This document shows positions 13,204 to 25,759 of a stretch of 64,000 bases of DNA, in pieces (position 1 is the first letter of the stretch; every line of letters begins with the position of its first letter). Position numbers and translations under genes: made by a program. A model generated the notes under the pieces. The model did no database searches. It had not been told where the DNA came from and saw nothing but the letters and a program-made list of their open reading frames with translations. The stretch is taken from NCBI RefSeq assembly GCF_006345805.1, contig NC_043011.1, positions 11,160,001-11,224,000 on the forward strand, given 5' to 3'. The DNA is from Octopus sinensis. Lineage: Eukaryota.

Positions 13204-14620
13204 CAGGCATACCTCATCCCATGTCATTAATTAGTTCCAGGAGACACAACTTAAGTCGAAAACTGACTTAAGTCAAATTTACTTGTCTCTAGGCTAAACC
13301 AATAATTACCATTCTCAGTTCTGTACTTTATTTATGAATGCATTTTCAATAATACTTGGTTAATAACTTATTTTAAGGTTACAAACAAATAATTTTTATT
13401 TTTTGATACAGTACAGTAAAAATATGTCATCTAAATTTACAAATACAATTTGGTGGTGTTTACTGGACATCATGGACGCTTTATTTATGAATGCGGTTTG
13501 CAATAAGACATGGTAAAATGAAAGTCATTTTTAAGCTTAAAAAACAAATTCAGTAATTATTATTATTTAACAATAGTAAAAAAAAACTAATTGTTTTAAA
13601 TTTACCAATACATACATAGAATTTGGTGGTTTACATCGCGGATGTAGATGGCTGTGGATCGTCAACATCAACAGCTGACTCTGGCTGTTCTTGTTCGATG
13701 TGCTAAAAAAACCGGTTGAGAGTTCCTTTAACTGTCTTCTTTTTCTCTGCCTCAAAGATTAGATTATAAGGAGCAAAAGCTTCATGACAAGCCCTACATA
13801 ATCTTGGAAAAGTGTTGAACATTTGGATCCATATCCTTGAACATAGAAAGACCTTTTTTGATATATGCAAATGCTTGTTGCATTTTCTTGTAAAATGATG
13901 TGGCTCAGGTTTGATTTCCTCTTCTTTTTTATTTTACTGCTCGTGAAGCTCCATCAAATCCTTGTTCGTCAGGGGCTGCTTGTCTTTTTCAAATAAATCT
14001 GTGAAATCCTCCTCCAAATTCATTTCCAGTTCTTTGCTCATAGTCACCAACGTTTTGTTGATGACAACATTATCAAACCACTTAAAATTATTCACAAAAT
14101 GTAGGCATAGCTTCTTCCATACACCATTCATAGCCGTGCTCTGTACATCATTCCATGTTCTGTACAGCCTTGTAGATATCGTATCTCTTCCAAAAGTCAT
14201 GAATTGTGATGGACTCATCAAGATCAGTTGCAGCTACTGCTTGCCACAGCAAACACCTCATATAGTAACTCTTAAAGATAACAATTATTCTCTGATCCAT
14301 TGGCTTCAGAAGAGACGTGGTGTTCCGAGGGAGGTATACAATGGTAACGTTAGGGGTCAAAATCTACGATGTTTTGCGGGTGGTCAGGAGCATTATCTAA
14401 GATAAACAAAACCTTAAAAGGAATCTCTTTCTCCTTACAGTACTTCTCTGCTGCTAGGATAAAATGATTGAAGAACCAATTTTCAAAAACAACAGCAACC
14501 CATGCTTTTGAATTAGCCATCTAAATAACAGGGAGAGATACCTTGGGTATGTTCTTCAGGGCACAGGGGTTGTGTACAGCTCTGAAAGACCAAAAAATAA
14601 GACAACACAGTTGATTTCAT
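13204..14620 (-). mobile_element. Degenerate pogo/Tigger-type transposon (DDE_1 domain)
   Basis: YLPRNTTSLLKPMDQRIIVIFKSYY motif; Tigger-like CAGGCATACCTC end. Confidence 0.75.
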
Positions 14621-15270
14621 GATTTCGTTTACTAAGCTCTGGTGTGTGTAACAGCATTTACTGTGCATATTTTAACATGATTTTATATACTTTTATTATT
14701 TATTGTGACATGATTTTATGTGCTTTTAACGGTTTTCTAGTGATTTTACGATTCCAATATTTGTGTCGGATAGGCATAAAGTTGAGTGAAATGACTTAAC
14801 TTGATTTTTATTTTTCCATATATTATTTTTGAAAACCGATGTATAATCAAGAATGACATAAATCAAAATGACTTGGAGACCTCACTGGTGCTTAGTGCCA
14901 TGTAAAAAGTATCCAGAATCTATGTTAAGTGGTTGGTGCTTCAGCTGTAGAAACCATGCCAAAGCAGACATAGAACCTGGTGGAGCCCTTTAGCTGAAAT
15001 GTTCTTGCGAAATCCATGCCAGCATGGATGATAAAAGATGATGACATGCTATTTATTCTCTTTCAATTAAGCAAACTGAGCTTATGCAGAATAAAATGTA
15101 ATAATGAAATGTCTAAATTTGAACAATTGCAAAGTTTATACACTTGAAAAAGAGAAGAGAATGTGGTTACATTGTGTCTGATAAGAATCAAATTTATAAC
15201 ATATCTAAAAGTTAGGTTCTGGCACCTCATGGCAGTAAGAACATAGCTAAACATCTATTGAAGGTGAATG

Positions 15271-15680
15271 GGATCTTTTTGCATTGAACGGCAGTTTTTT
15301 CTAGCGGTGTCATGAAATTGTCACCCATAATTATGACCCTAGTATCGATCTATTGCATTTCAATCTGTTTTAGGGTTAGGGGTGGGAGAAAAGGTATCTT
15401 TTTTTTCTTCACAAATGTAAATAAACCCAATCTGTTTCTTAAACGAAGGACATATTCAAACGGTACAGAATGTTTCCAGCTCAATAGACGGTCATTGATT
15501 GGTTGAAATTGCTGAAATTCAAGAAATTAAAGACCAAATATCTTACAAACCATAGAATTTTCTCAATAAAGCCAAGAGAAAAAGATGTTTTATAAACACA
15601 TTCTACCAGTATACGAAGTTTCAAATTTTTTAGTTACCTAGAAATTATGTTAAAAACTGCCGTTCAAAACGAAAAGATCC
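15271..15680. mobile_element. MITE with GG termini and 8-bp TSD (Merlin-like), copy 1
   Basis: TIR GGATCTTTT...TGAACGGCAGTTTTT; TSD GGTGAATG. Confidence 0.85.
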
Positions 15681-15875
15681 GGTGAATGATAACACAAATT
15701 GTACTTCCACATATTTTTTTCCTGACCTGCAGTTAAACAAACACAGTTATCCAGCTAGACAGTCTCTGATTCATTGCATAGTTCACAATAAATAACAGTG
15801 TCTGTGTAACCTATGACAAATGTAAGGTATTTTGTCCAAGAGCACTGGTTTATCAGTTTTCTCTCTAAAGTACAT

Positions 15876-16260
15876 CATCATCGTTTAGTGTTCGCTTTCC
15901 ATGCTAGCATGGGTTCGACGGTTCAACTGGGGTCTGGGAAGCCAGAAATCTGCACCAGGCCCAGTCTGATCTGGCAATGTTTCTACGGCTGGATGCCCTT
16001 CCTAACGCCAACCACTCCGTGAGTGTAGTGGGTGCGTTTTATGTGCCACCGGCATGGAGGCCAGGCAAGGCTGGCAACGGCCATGATCGGATGGTGCTTT
16101 TTATGTGCCACCGGCACGGAGGCTAGTCGGGGCGGCGCTGGCAAAGGCCATGTTCGGATGGTTCTCTTACGTGCCACCGGCACTGGTATCACAGCTATAA
16201 TTTCCATTGATGTTGATTGATTTTGGTTTTTGATTTTCACTTGCCTCAACAGGTCTTCGC
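15876..16260 (-). mobile_element. RTE 3' UTR-only copy
   Basis: Same 3' UTR and (CAT)n end as the RTE LINEs. Confidence 0.8.
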
Positions 16261-16539
16261 AAACTCATATGCATGCATGCATACTCATTCACTCACCCTC
16301 ACATATACATACACATGATCTGGTGGTCTCTGCTGGAGAATACAGGGATTTATCTCCCTGCTAGTGATATAAACAAGAATGCATTTCGTACCAAAAACCA
16401 ATACGTGAGTTTCTCTCATGATATCTACCACAGTACAGTTTGTTCTAACAGAACATCCATGTTTAAGTGGGGATAAATATTAGCTCTCAGTTTTAATACT
16501 GCCTTTGTCGCTAATATATATATAAAAAAAAAGAAAAAA

Positions 16540-17140
16540 TCAAAATCAAATCAAATCAAAACAAATCAAATCAGATATCAGAAAACAGAACCAAAATCGA
16601 AGTCGATCAACATCAATGGAAATTGCGACTGTGATACCAGTGCCGGTGACAAGTAAGCGAACCATCCGATCGTGGCCATTGCCAACGCCGCCCCGACTGG
16701 CCTCCGTGCCGGTGACACGTAAAAAGCACCATCCGATCGTGGCTGTTTGCCAACCTCGCCTGGCCCCCATGCCGGTGGCACGTAAAAAGCACCATCCGTT
16801 TGTGGCCGTTGCCAGCCCTGCCCTGTCTGGCCTCCGTGCCGGTGGCACATAAAAGCACCATCCGTTTGTGTCTGTTGCCAGCCCTGCCTGGCCCCCGTGC
16901 CGGTGGCACGTAAAAGCACCATCCGTTCGTGGCCGTTTGCCAGCTCCATCTGGCTCCTGTGCGGGTGGCACGTAAAAAGCACCCACTATACTCGCGAAGT
17001 GGTTGGCGTTAGGAAGGGCATCCAGCCGTAGAAACACTGCCAGATCAGACTGGGCCTGGTGCAGCCTTCTGGCTTCACAGACCCCAGTTGAACCATCCAA
17101 CCCATGCTAGCATGGAAAACGGACGCTAAATGATGATGAT
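16540..17140 (+). mobile_element. RTE 3' UTR-only copy with six tandem hairpin units
   Basis: Repeated GTGCCGGTGGCACGTAAAAAGCACC units followed by the conserved terminal segment and (GAT)n. Confidence 0.85.
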
Positions 17141-17357
17141 GATATATATCATCATTATCATCATTGAATGTCTGTTTTCTATGCTGGTATGGGTTGGATG
17201 GTTTGATAGGAGCTGGAAAGCTGCCCAGGTTCCATGTCTGTTTTGGCATGGTTTCTATGCCCTTCCATACAGGACTTCTGCACAGTTTTTAAAAAAAAAT
17301 AAGGAACATCAGTTGCCAAACTGAATCTTCATGACTTTCTTTCCCTCTGTTTTCAGC

Positions 17358-17421
17358 ATGGATGTTGCGAGTTCTATTCATGAAGAGGACAGCCTGAAAG
17401 ATTCGTCAGTAGAGCTGACTG
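17358..17421 (+). CDS. TTK: TTK/Mps1 coding exon 1 (MDVASSIHEEDSLKDSSVELT), phase-1 donor
   Basis: Polypyrimidine tract plus CAG acceptor just before the ATG; GTATGT donor at 17422; phase joins the next exon (G+TT = Val). Confidence 0.7.
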
Positions 17422-17858
17422 GTATGTAATTATGTTGACAATTTTTATTTCTCTTTACCAACAATACCACAACTATATTCACTATCATAATCAAATAGAC
17501 ACAAGGCTATGCAATTAAGAAACATGCTTCACAGTCACTTTGAGCATGTGTCTTCTCCAGCCTTGAGTTGACCTATACCTTGTAAATGGGATTCGATAGA
17601 TGAAAATTATGAACATGATCTTGGGTGGGAATTCTTTAATTATCATCTAGTTTAATGCCACTACCTGGCCTTTGTGTTTTTTTAGCAAAGTTCACTTTGT
17701 ACAAGCATTTGGACCAGGCCCCTTTATTCTACAAGTTTTGGAGGTCCTCAAAAATGGTTATGAGTGCTGCCTTTCTTCGTTGGTTGAGCTATAAAAAATA
17801 TTTTATCTCACATTAGATCTTGACAAACAGCTACAAAAAAAAAAATTAAATGTAGGTA

Positions 17859-18230
17859 TAGGCATGGCTGTGTGGTAAGAAACCTGCTTCCCAACCACAT
17901 GGTTCTGGTTTCAGTTACACTGTGTAGCACCTTTGGCAAGTGTCTTCTACTATATTCCCCAGTTTGACTAAGGCCATATGAATGGATATAGTAAACAGAA
18001 ACTGAAAGAAGCCTGTCACGTGTGTGTGTGTAAGTTTTGTACCCCACCACCACTCGACAACCAGTTTTAATTTGTTTACATCCTCAAAACATAGCAGTTT
18101 GGCAAAAGAGACTAATAGAGTTAGTACCGGTCTTTAAAACAATAAGTGCTGGGGTAAATTTGACTAAAACCCTTCAAAGTTGTGCCCTAGTATGGTGGCA
18201 GCCCGATGACTGAAATAAGTAAAAAATAAA
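17859..18230 (+). mobile_element. Major SINE copy, diverged
   Basis: Full structure with more substitutions. Confidence 0.8.
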
Positions 18231-18383
18231 AGATAATGCTTGAAAAGGAAATGTAGTTCTCAGCTGCTTTTTCTTTTCTTTCTTAAATTGGTATCTTCTA
18301 AATCTTGTCATATTTGCAAAGCCTAACCTAACCTCTTCCTGTTACAAGGTTCTAACCCATTTGCTTTTTTTCCTCCACTCCAG

Positions 18384-18535
18384 TTCACACAGAATGGATG
18401 AACCGCATACACAGTCAGGGCAATCGTCCTGAAGATTGGGTGGAGTTTATCCACTACCTGAAGGAACAATCTCCTGTACCTGTTACAAATTCGTGGACTG
18501 CATACATATGTGATCAGTATGTTCATGCACTGAAG
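18384..18535 (+). CDS. TTK: TTK/Mps1 coding exon 2 (VHTEWMNRIHSQGNRPEDWVEF...YVHALK), start of TPR domain
   Basis: CAG acceptor and GTAAT donor. GNRPEDW resembles human TTK NNPEDW as recalled. Confidence 0.85.
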
Positions 18536-18993
18536 GTAATGTATCATGAAAATATGTGTGCACATACATTTGATATTTTGAGTCTGTAGGGCATCTTGAC
18601 ATTCTACTAATTGTTTATGGTATGTGTATGGCTACCTAGCTGTAAATAAATACTTAATGTCTATTGAGTTTACCACTACAAGCTAATTTAGCACAATATA
18701 GTTAACTATTAATATCCTGTATGACACGAATCCATCTGATAGTGCATGTGAATCTGTCCTATACCATCTGAAATCTAAATCAAATTACTCTCATATCTCT
18801 TTTAAGGCAAGTTCTGAACTCTCTAATCAAATAGAGAAATCTTTAATCTCTTCCTCTGCCAGTTATTCACTTTCTATAACATTTGCTATTAAAATTGGTG
18901 CACATATAGGTAAGCAAGAGATGATGAAGGAGTGAGAGAAACAGTTATACTGGCATGTAAGAAAGAGAGTATGAGTTTGTATTGGGGTGTAAT

Positions 18994-19198
18994 TGTTGCG
19001 GGGATAATAGTAATAATGGTACACCCTTCCCACGTGACAAGTGGTATGTGCTAGTCGCTATAAATAAGGTGACATCAGTCAGTATAAAGAGAGAATATGA
19101 AATAGATGGTCATAGATAGTTGTGGTCTTACTTGTCTTACTAACTATACTGCTATAGCAGAGTGGGTGTTATAACAGTCAAACGAAAGGATTGCAACA
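18994..19198 (+). repeat. 5' LTR of the intron-2 Gypsy element
   Basis: TGTTG...CAACA; homologous to 36400-36589. Confidence 0.9.
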
Positions 19199-19502
19199 GT
19201 GGCAACAAGGAATTAACAAACTCACTAGGTGTTATGAAATTCACTAAGTTTTTTTGTGAAGTTTACAGTATGGAAAAATCGTAAAATTATGGAAAATTGT
19301 TGGCCTGTTTGCTCAAGTTGCAACAACAGTTACTGAAAGAACAACAACAATTTCTATTACAGCAACAAGTGTTACAATTAATGAATATTAAGTTTTCAAA
19401 AAATACCGAAAAGATGTTCTCACCAGATTATGTAGCAAACTTCATGACAGAGTTTAAGTACATGTCAGAAGAAGGAGTTACCTTCCACGCTTACTATAGA
19501 AG

Positions 19503-19926
19503 TGTAAGAATTAGCACTTCCTTCTCTAAGCCTAGATTCGAAATCGAATCCAAGAATCCTCGGTCGTCCAAACAAATGCAATTAAAGGCGTGAAAAAGAG
19601 AACCCCTTTGTTCTGTCAAAAAGTGATTGATCATCTCCCATCTCCGCTGCGATTGTTCGCTTCTCTGCTTTTCCCTTGTATTTATAATATTTGTGACAGC
19701 TAGAAAGACAGTCATATCGTAGCAGAGACAGTGCTTATTTAGGTCAGCACTTGTCCAGTTGAACTTAGCCTGACATGGCTGAGGTCAAAGGGAGATGGTC
19801 AATCACTTTTTGACAGAACAAAGGGGTGCTTGCTTTCGCGCCTTTAATTGCATTGGTTTGGACGACCGAGGATTCTTGGATTCGATTTCGAATCTAGGCT
19901 TAGAGAAGGAAGTGCTAATTCTTACA
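19503..19926. mobile_element. 424-bp non-autonomous TIR element (Ginger-like MITE)
   Basis: TGT...ACA ends, ~137-bp TIRs and 4-bp TSD GAAG. Removing it restores the gag frame YRRHKQ. Confidence 0.8.
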
Positions 19927-19941
19927 GAAGACACAAACAAA

Positions 19942-20332
19942 TAGGCGCAGGAGTGGCTGTGTGGTAAGTAGCTTGCCTACCAACCACATGGTTCTGGGTT
20001 CAGTCCCACTGTGTGGTATCTTGGGCAAGTGTCTTCTGCTATAGCCTCGGGCCAACCAATGCCTTGTGAGTGGATTTGGTAGACGGAAACTGAAAGAAGC
20101 CCGTTGTATATATGTATGTATGTATATGTTTGTGTGTCTGTGTTTGTCCCTCTAGCATTGCTTGACAACCGATGCTGGTGTGTTTACGTCCCCGTCACTT
20201 AGCAGTTCGGCAAAAAGAGACCGATAGAATAAGTATTGGGCTTACAAAGAATGTCCTGGGGTTGATTTGCTCGACTAAAGGCGGTGCTCCAGCATGGCTG
20301 CAGTCAAATGACTGAAACAAGTAAAAGAGTAA
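19942..20332 (+). mobile_element. Major SINE copy inserted in Gypsy gag
   Basis: Full structure; gag frame resumes after it. Confidence 0.9.
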
Positions 20333-20480
20333 ATCTTCAATAAAGAGTGCAAAGATTGGGACAACAATACGAAAACTTGTTTAATACTTAAGAAAACTGG
20401 CAGCAGGAGAACATGAGCATTACAGTGATTAAATGCTCCTGTAAAATATCTTCTGATATAAACTTTAAAGGTACAATTTA

Positions 20481-23400
20481 CATCATCATCATCATCATCA
20501 TCATCATCGTTTAACGTCCGTTCTCCATGCTAGCATGGGTTGGACGGTTCGACCGGGGGTCTGGGAAGCCAGAAGGCTGCACCAGGCTCCAGTCTTATCT
20601 GGCAGTGTTTCTACAGCTGGATGCCCTTCCTAACGCCAACCACTCCGTGAGTGTAGTGGGTGCTTTTTACATGCCACCTGCACAGGTGCCAGGCGAGGCT
20701 GGCAACGGCCACGGTCGGATTGGTGTATTTTATGTGCCACCGGCACGGAAGCCAGACGAGGCGGTGCTGGCATCGGCCACGAGTCGGATGGTGCTTTTTA
20801 CGTACCACCAGACCAGGGATCCTGGCTGGTTCAATTCGATTTCGATTTCGCTTGCCCCAACATGTCTTCGCAAGCAAGGGGGTTGGCATGGGTGCCTGTC
20901 GTACGGTCAGATTGGTGTATTTTACGTGCCACCGGCACGGAAGCCAGTGGAGGCGGCGCTGGCATCGGCCACGAGTCGGATAGTGCTTTTTACGTACCAC
21001 CAGACCAGGGAACCTGGCTGGTTCAATTCGATTTCGCTTGCCCCAACATGTCTTTGCAAGCAAGGGGGTTGGCATGGGTGCCTGTCGTACGGTCAGATTG
21101 GTGTATTTTACGTGCCACCGGCACGGAAGCCAGTGGAGGCGGCGCTGGCATCGGCCACGAGTCGGATAGTGCTTTTTACGTACCACCAGACCAGGGATCC
21201 TGGCTGCTTCAATTCGATTTTGACTTCGATTTCGATTTCGCTTGCCCCAACATGTCTTCGCAAGCAAAGGGGGTTGGCATGGGTGCCTGTCGTCGGATGA
21301 GGTTCTATATCGACTTCGCTTGCCTCAACAGGTCTTTGTGTCCAAGGGAGGAAAGGCATTCATAAGTGGGCTGGGCGCACTTGTCCTGCCTGGTCTTCTC
21401 ACGTACAGAATATTTCCAAAGGTCTCAGTCGCTGGTCATTTCCTCAGTGAAGCCTAAAGTTCGAAGGTCGTGCTTCACCACCTCGTCCCAGGTTTTCCTG
21501 GGTCTACCTCTTCCACGGGTTCCCTCAACTGCTAAGGATTGGCACTTTCTCACACACCTATCTTCATCCATTCTTGCCACATGACCATACCAGCGCAATC
21601 GTCTCTCTTGCACACCACAACTGATGCCTCTTAGGTATAACATTTCTCTCAAGGTGCTAACGCTTTGTCGAGTATGTACACTGACATTACACATCCATCG
21701 GAGCATTCTGGCTTCATTCCTCACGAGCTTACGCATGTCCTCGGCAGTCACGGCCGATGTTTCACTGCCATGTAGCATGGCTGTTCGTACACACGCATCA
21801 TACAGTCTGCCTTTTACTCAGAGCGAGAGGCCTTTAGTCACCAGCAGAGGTAAGAGCTCCCTAAACTTTGCCCAGGCTATTCTTATTCTAGCAGTTACAC
21901 TTTCAGCGCACCCACCCCCACTACTGACTTGGTCACCTAGATAACGGAAGCTATCAACTACTTCTAGTTTTTCCCCTTGGAAAGTGACTGAAGTTATTTT
22001 CTGCAGATTTTCGGGGGTTAATGCTCCTGAGCATCTGCCACATACAAAAACTATCTTCCCAGTTAGCCTACCTTTGACATTGCTGCACCTCTTATGTGTC
22101 CATAGCTTACACTGGGTACATCTTATAGAGTTTCTACCTACACCTTTTCTACAGATCGAGCAGGGCCATCTTCCTGAAGACATTTGTGGATTGTCTACCT
22201 TCCTACTTATTAGTACTTTGGTTTTAGCTAGGTTGACTCTAAGGCCCCTCGATTCTAAACCCTCCTTCCACACCTGGAACTTCTCCTCCAGCTCTGATAG
22301 TGACTCAGCAATAAGAGCAAGGTCATCAGCGTAGAGGAGCTCCCAGGGACAACCTGTCTTGAATTCCTCCGTAATTGCCTGTAGGACTATGATAAATAGG
22401 AGGGGGCTGAGTACTGAACCCTGGTGGACCCCAACCTCTACTTTGAATTCTTCTGTGTACATGTTGCTAACCCTAACCTTACTTACGGCATCTCTGTACA
22501 TGGCTTGCACAGTCCTCACCAGCCATTCATCTATCCCTAGTTTCCTCATTGACCACCAGATAAGGGATCGGGGGACCCTGTCAAAAGCTTTCTCCATGTC
22601 AACAAAAGCCAGGTACAGGGGCTTATCTTTGGCTAGGTATTTCTCCTGTAGCTGCCTTACCAGGAATATAGCATCCGTGGTACTTTTCCCTTGCACGAAC
22701 CCAAACTGCATCTCATCTAAACTAACTCTCTCTCTAATTAGTTGGGCTATGACCCTCTCCGTGACCTTCATTACTTGATCCAACAGCTTGATACCTCTGT
22801 AATTATTTGTATCTAGGGCATCACCTTTACCTTTGTAGCAGTTGACTAGTATGCTGCTACACCAGTCATTGGGTATGACTCCTTCGTGTATCACCTGGTT
22901 GACTATACGGGTGACTATGCCACAGATCTGGTCAGTGGCTGTCAGCAGATTGTCCTGTAGAAATCTCCAGTTGCCTTCCACATTAAGTGAAGCTATATCC
23001 CCTTCTATTTCGTCAAAGGCTTCGAGTAGTATGTCTCTAAATCTCTGTCCATTTGCAGGATCTTTAAGCTTCCAGACCCTTCTCCAAGCAGGTCTTCTTC
23101 TGGGCAACCATTTAGCTCTGATCCTGAAGTCGCTAACTACTAATCTATGTTGAGGAGTACATTCTTCGCCTGGAAAGGTTTTGGCATTTATAAGCAGCCC
23201 TCTTTCCCTTTTTCTGGCAAGGATGTAGTCAATCTGGCTGGTGTGTCTGCCAGAACGGTAGGTGACTAGGTGAGAGGTGGGTTTCCTGAAGTTGGTATTG
23301 CAGACCATAAGGTCATTTGCATCGCAGAACCCCAGCAGCCTGGTTCCCTCCTCATTTTGAGAGCCAAAACCGTAGCCTCCATGGACGCCATGGAAGCCCC

Positions 23401-24162
23401 CGACATGCCGTCCGACATGTCCATTGAAATCACCTGCCACGAAGAGAAGGTCACTGTCATTTGTCAACGAGGTAGTCCGCAATACGGTGTCATAGAATTG
23501 GTCTTTTTGTCCTTCTGGTAGTCCTGGTTGAGGGGCATATGCCGAGATGATGGTAGCTGTCCTGTGGTGAAGGACTAATCTAATTTTAATTACTCTGTCA
23601 CTTACTCTGACTACCCCGATTACCTTACCCACCCATTTCTCCGCAAGAAGTATACCCACGCCCCCGTCAGTGTTCCCTGCCCAGAAAATCTTGTACCTGT
23701 GTTCCTTGCCTGTGAGGAGCCTAGCGGAACCTCCTCTCCACCTTACTTCCTGGATACAACATACATCCACACGTCTCCGTTCAAACAGCTCTACAATCTC
23801 TCCAGACCTACCTTTCAATGTGCCAACATTGAGTGTGCCAACTCTGAGGGTGTGGGAGGTGTAGGCCTCTGAGACCCTGGGATGAGGGACAGTCGTGTCA
23901 TGTACCTGAAAAGAAAGCTTGCAGTTGGCAGATTTCATACTGAAACACTAGACTTCAACCTGCATACATTTCACAGTTTTTGCGCTATATGATCAAATAA
24001 ACCCTACATGGGGATGGAGGTGGGGGTGGTAAGTAAGACTGGGTTAGAAACTTCCATACAGCTGCATACGTTTCACCGTTTTTGCTCCATATGATCAAAA
24101 AGAACCGACGTGGATGTATACGCGGGAGGGGGGAGTCAAGACAGCGGTAGAAACTTCCGGTT
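20481..24162 (-). mobile_element. RTE-clade LINE with a 706-aa ORF carrying an in-frame internal deletion
   Basis: ORF 23938-21818 has endonuclease, RT (YADD) and finger domains. Tandem 3' UTR repeats and (ATG)n tail; inserted in Gypsy gag. Confidence 0.95.
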
Positions 24163-24789
24163 ATTATTGTGTAAAATTTTTAGTGAGAAAACCTCGTTGT
24201 TCAATACACATTGGAAGTGTTTGAACCTAGAAAAAGACAACAAGGAGAACCACATCATATATGTTGGGAATATGAAAAGTTCAAGCTGGATGAATTAATG
24301 CCAGATATGTTCAAGTGCCTGATATTTACAGAGACTAACTGCCAAGAAAGACATAGAAATAAGAATAAGAATTCTTACTAAGCTGGAGTAAAACCAAGCG
24401 GTAACCTTACAACAAGTGTCAGAAGACTGTGAAAAATGGTAAATTTAAGACATGACACAAAGAAAATCGAACTTAAAGATTACTCCCAAGTGAAACAAGT
24501 GCGAAATAGGCAGAATAGAAATCGAGTGTGTACTAAAGTACAGTACAAGCAGGAGAGGAATCAGGAAACAAACCCATGTTTTGCAAGTGGAGGTCTACAC
24601 CTGAAGAAATTCTGTCCATTTAAGAAAGCAGAATGCTTCTGTTGTGGAAAAATTGGACACGTAAAAGCACAGTGTAAAATCAAGATGACAAAATATATCT
24701 TTCTACTTGTACTACAATACCTTTCAGCACTTCAAAAACAAACTTATGTTTGTTTACATCGGTCGGTCGGGACCCCCTTCGGTCACAAC

Positions 24790-25078
24790 ACTGACCATGG
24801 GATTGCACCTAGAAAGTTAACCCCCTAGTCACAAGTCTGGGCAAGGTTGCTTATGGAAGACCAGCAGTCGCCCATGCATACCAGCCTTCCCTCTCCATGC
24901 CACCAGTGTTATCCAAGGGAAAGGCAGCAGCCGATACAGCTTGGCACCCGTGACGTCGCAACTCATTTCTACAGCTGAGTTAACTGGAGCAACGTGAAAT
25001 AAAGTGTCTTGCTCAAGAACAGAACACGCAGCCTCATGATTGTAAGCTCAACACTCTAACCACTGAGCCATGCGCCTT
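24790..25078 (-). mobile_element. Fourth tRNA-derived SINE family, single copy
   Basis: Head GGCGCATGGCTCAGTGGTTAGAGTG; central TTGAGCAAGACACTT...CTCAGCTGTAGAAATG. Confidence 0.7.
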
Positions 25079-25759
25079 GTTTACATATGATGTAATTTAT
25101 ATTACATCTAGCATTTCGAGATGACTTTATAAGTTCTAAAATTGCAGATGAATTTGTCAGTAAAGCAGTTTAGCTTAATGGTAGAGCACTTGACTGGAAA
25201 ACAAAGGGATGTGAGTTCAATTCTCATGGCTGGTTGCTGATAGATTTTTCTGCTCTGTAAGAATTTTATCCTATATATGCTGTTCTATCAGTATTTACGT
25301 GTTGAAAAATATATCTCTCTACTTGTAATAAACACTATGTCATTGAAAGAAAATGGTAATATCACAAAGAGAAAATTTGTGAATGTGAAAATTCAAGATA
25401 TAAAAGCAAAAATGAAGTTAGACACTGGAAGTGATATTTCCATTGTGAACGAAAAAACTTGGAAGTATATCGGTAAGCCAAAATTAAGTAAATCTACAAA
25501 AGTAGCACATAGTGTTACAGGTAAAATATTGTTTTTTTTGTTGGTGAATTTATAGGGAATGTAACAGTTCATGACCAAATGAAAATGGCAAAAATATATG
25601 TGCTAAAAAATTCAGTTTATCTGTTTGGTACAGAGTGGATGAAACTATTCAAATTGTGGAATACGCCCATAAGTGTTTTGTGTGGGAACATAGTTGGTTC
25701 AGTCAGAGGTTCAAATGAGGCTGAGGAACTGAAAAAAAAAGACATTTATTTCCAGATTT

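Noticed and set aside
16640-16985. CRISPR-like array of palindromic ~30-nt repeats
   Set aside because: The apparent spacers are homologous to each other, the array is part of an RTE 3' UTR, the context is eukaryotic and there are no cas genes.
19297-19593. Poly-Q ORF as a host gene (also 40679-40915)
   Set aside because: It follows an LTR and PBS and is the N-terminus of Gypsy gag.
20527-21365. Overlapping 167-257 aa ORFs on both strands
   Set aside because: They arise from the GC-rich tandem repeats of the RTE 3' UTR and have no protein-family motifs.
25165-25233. tRNA-like cloverleaf as a functional tRNA gene
   Set aside because: D and T arms are plausible, but the anticodon and acceptor stems are mismatched; most likely a decayed tRNA or SINE head.
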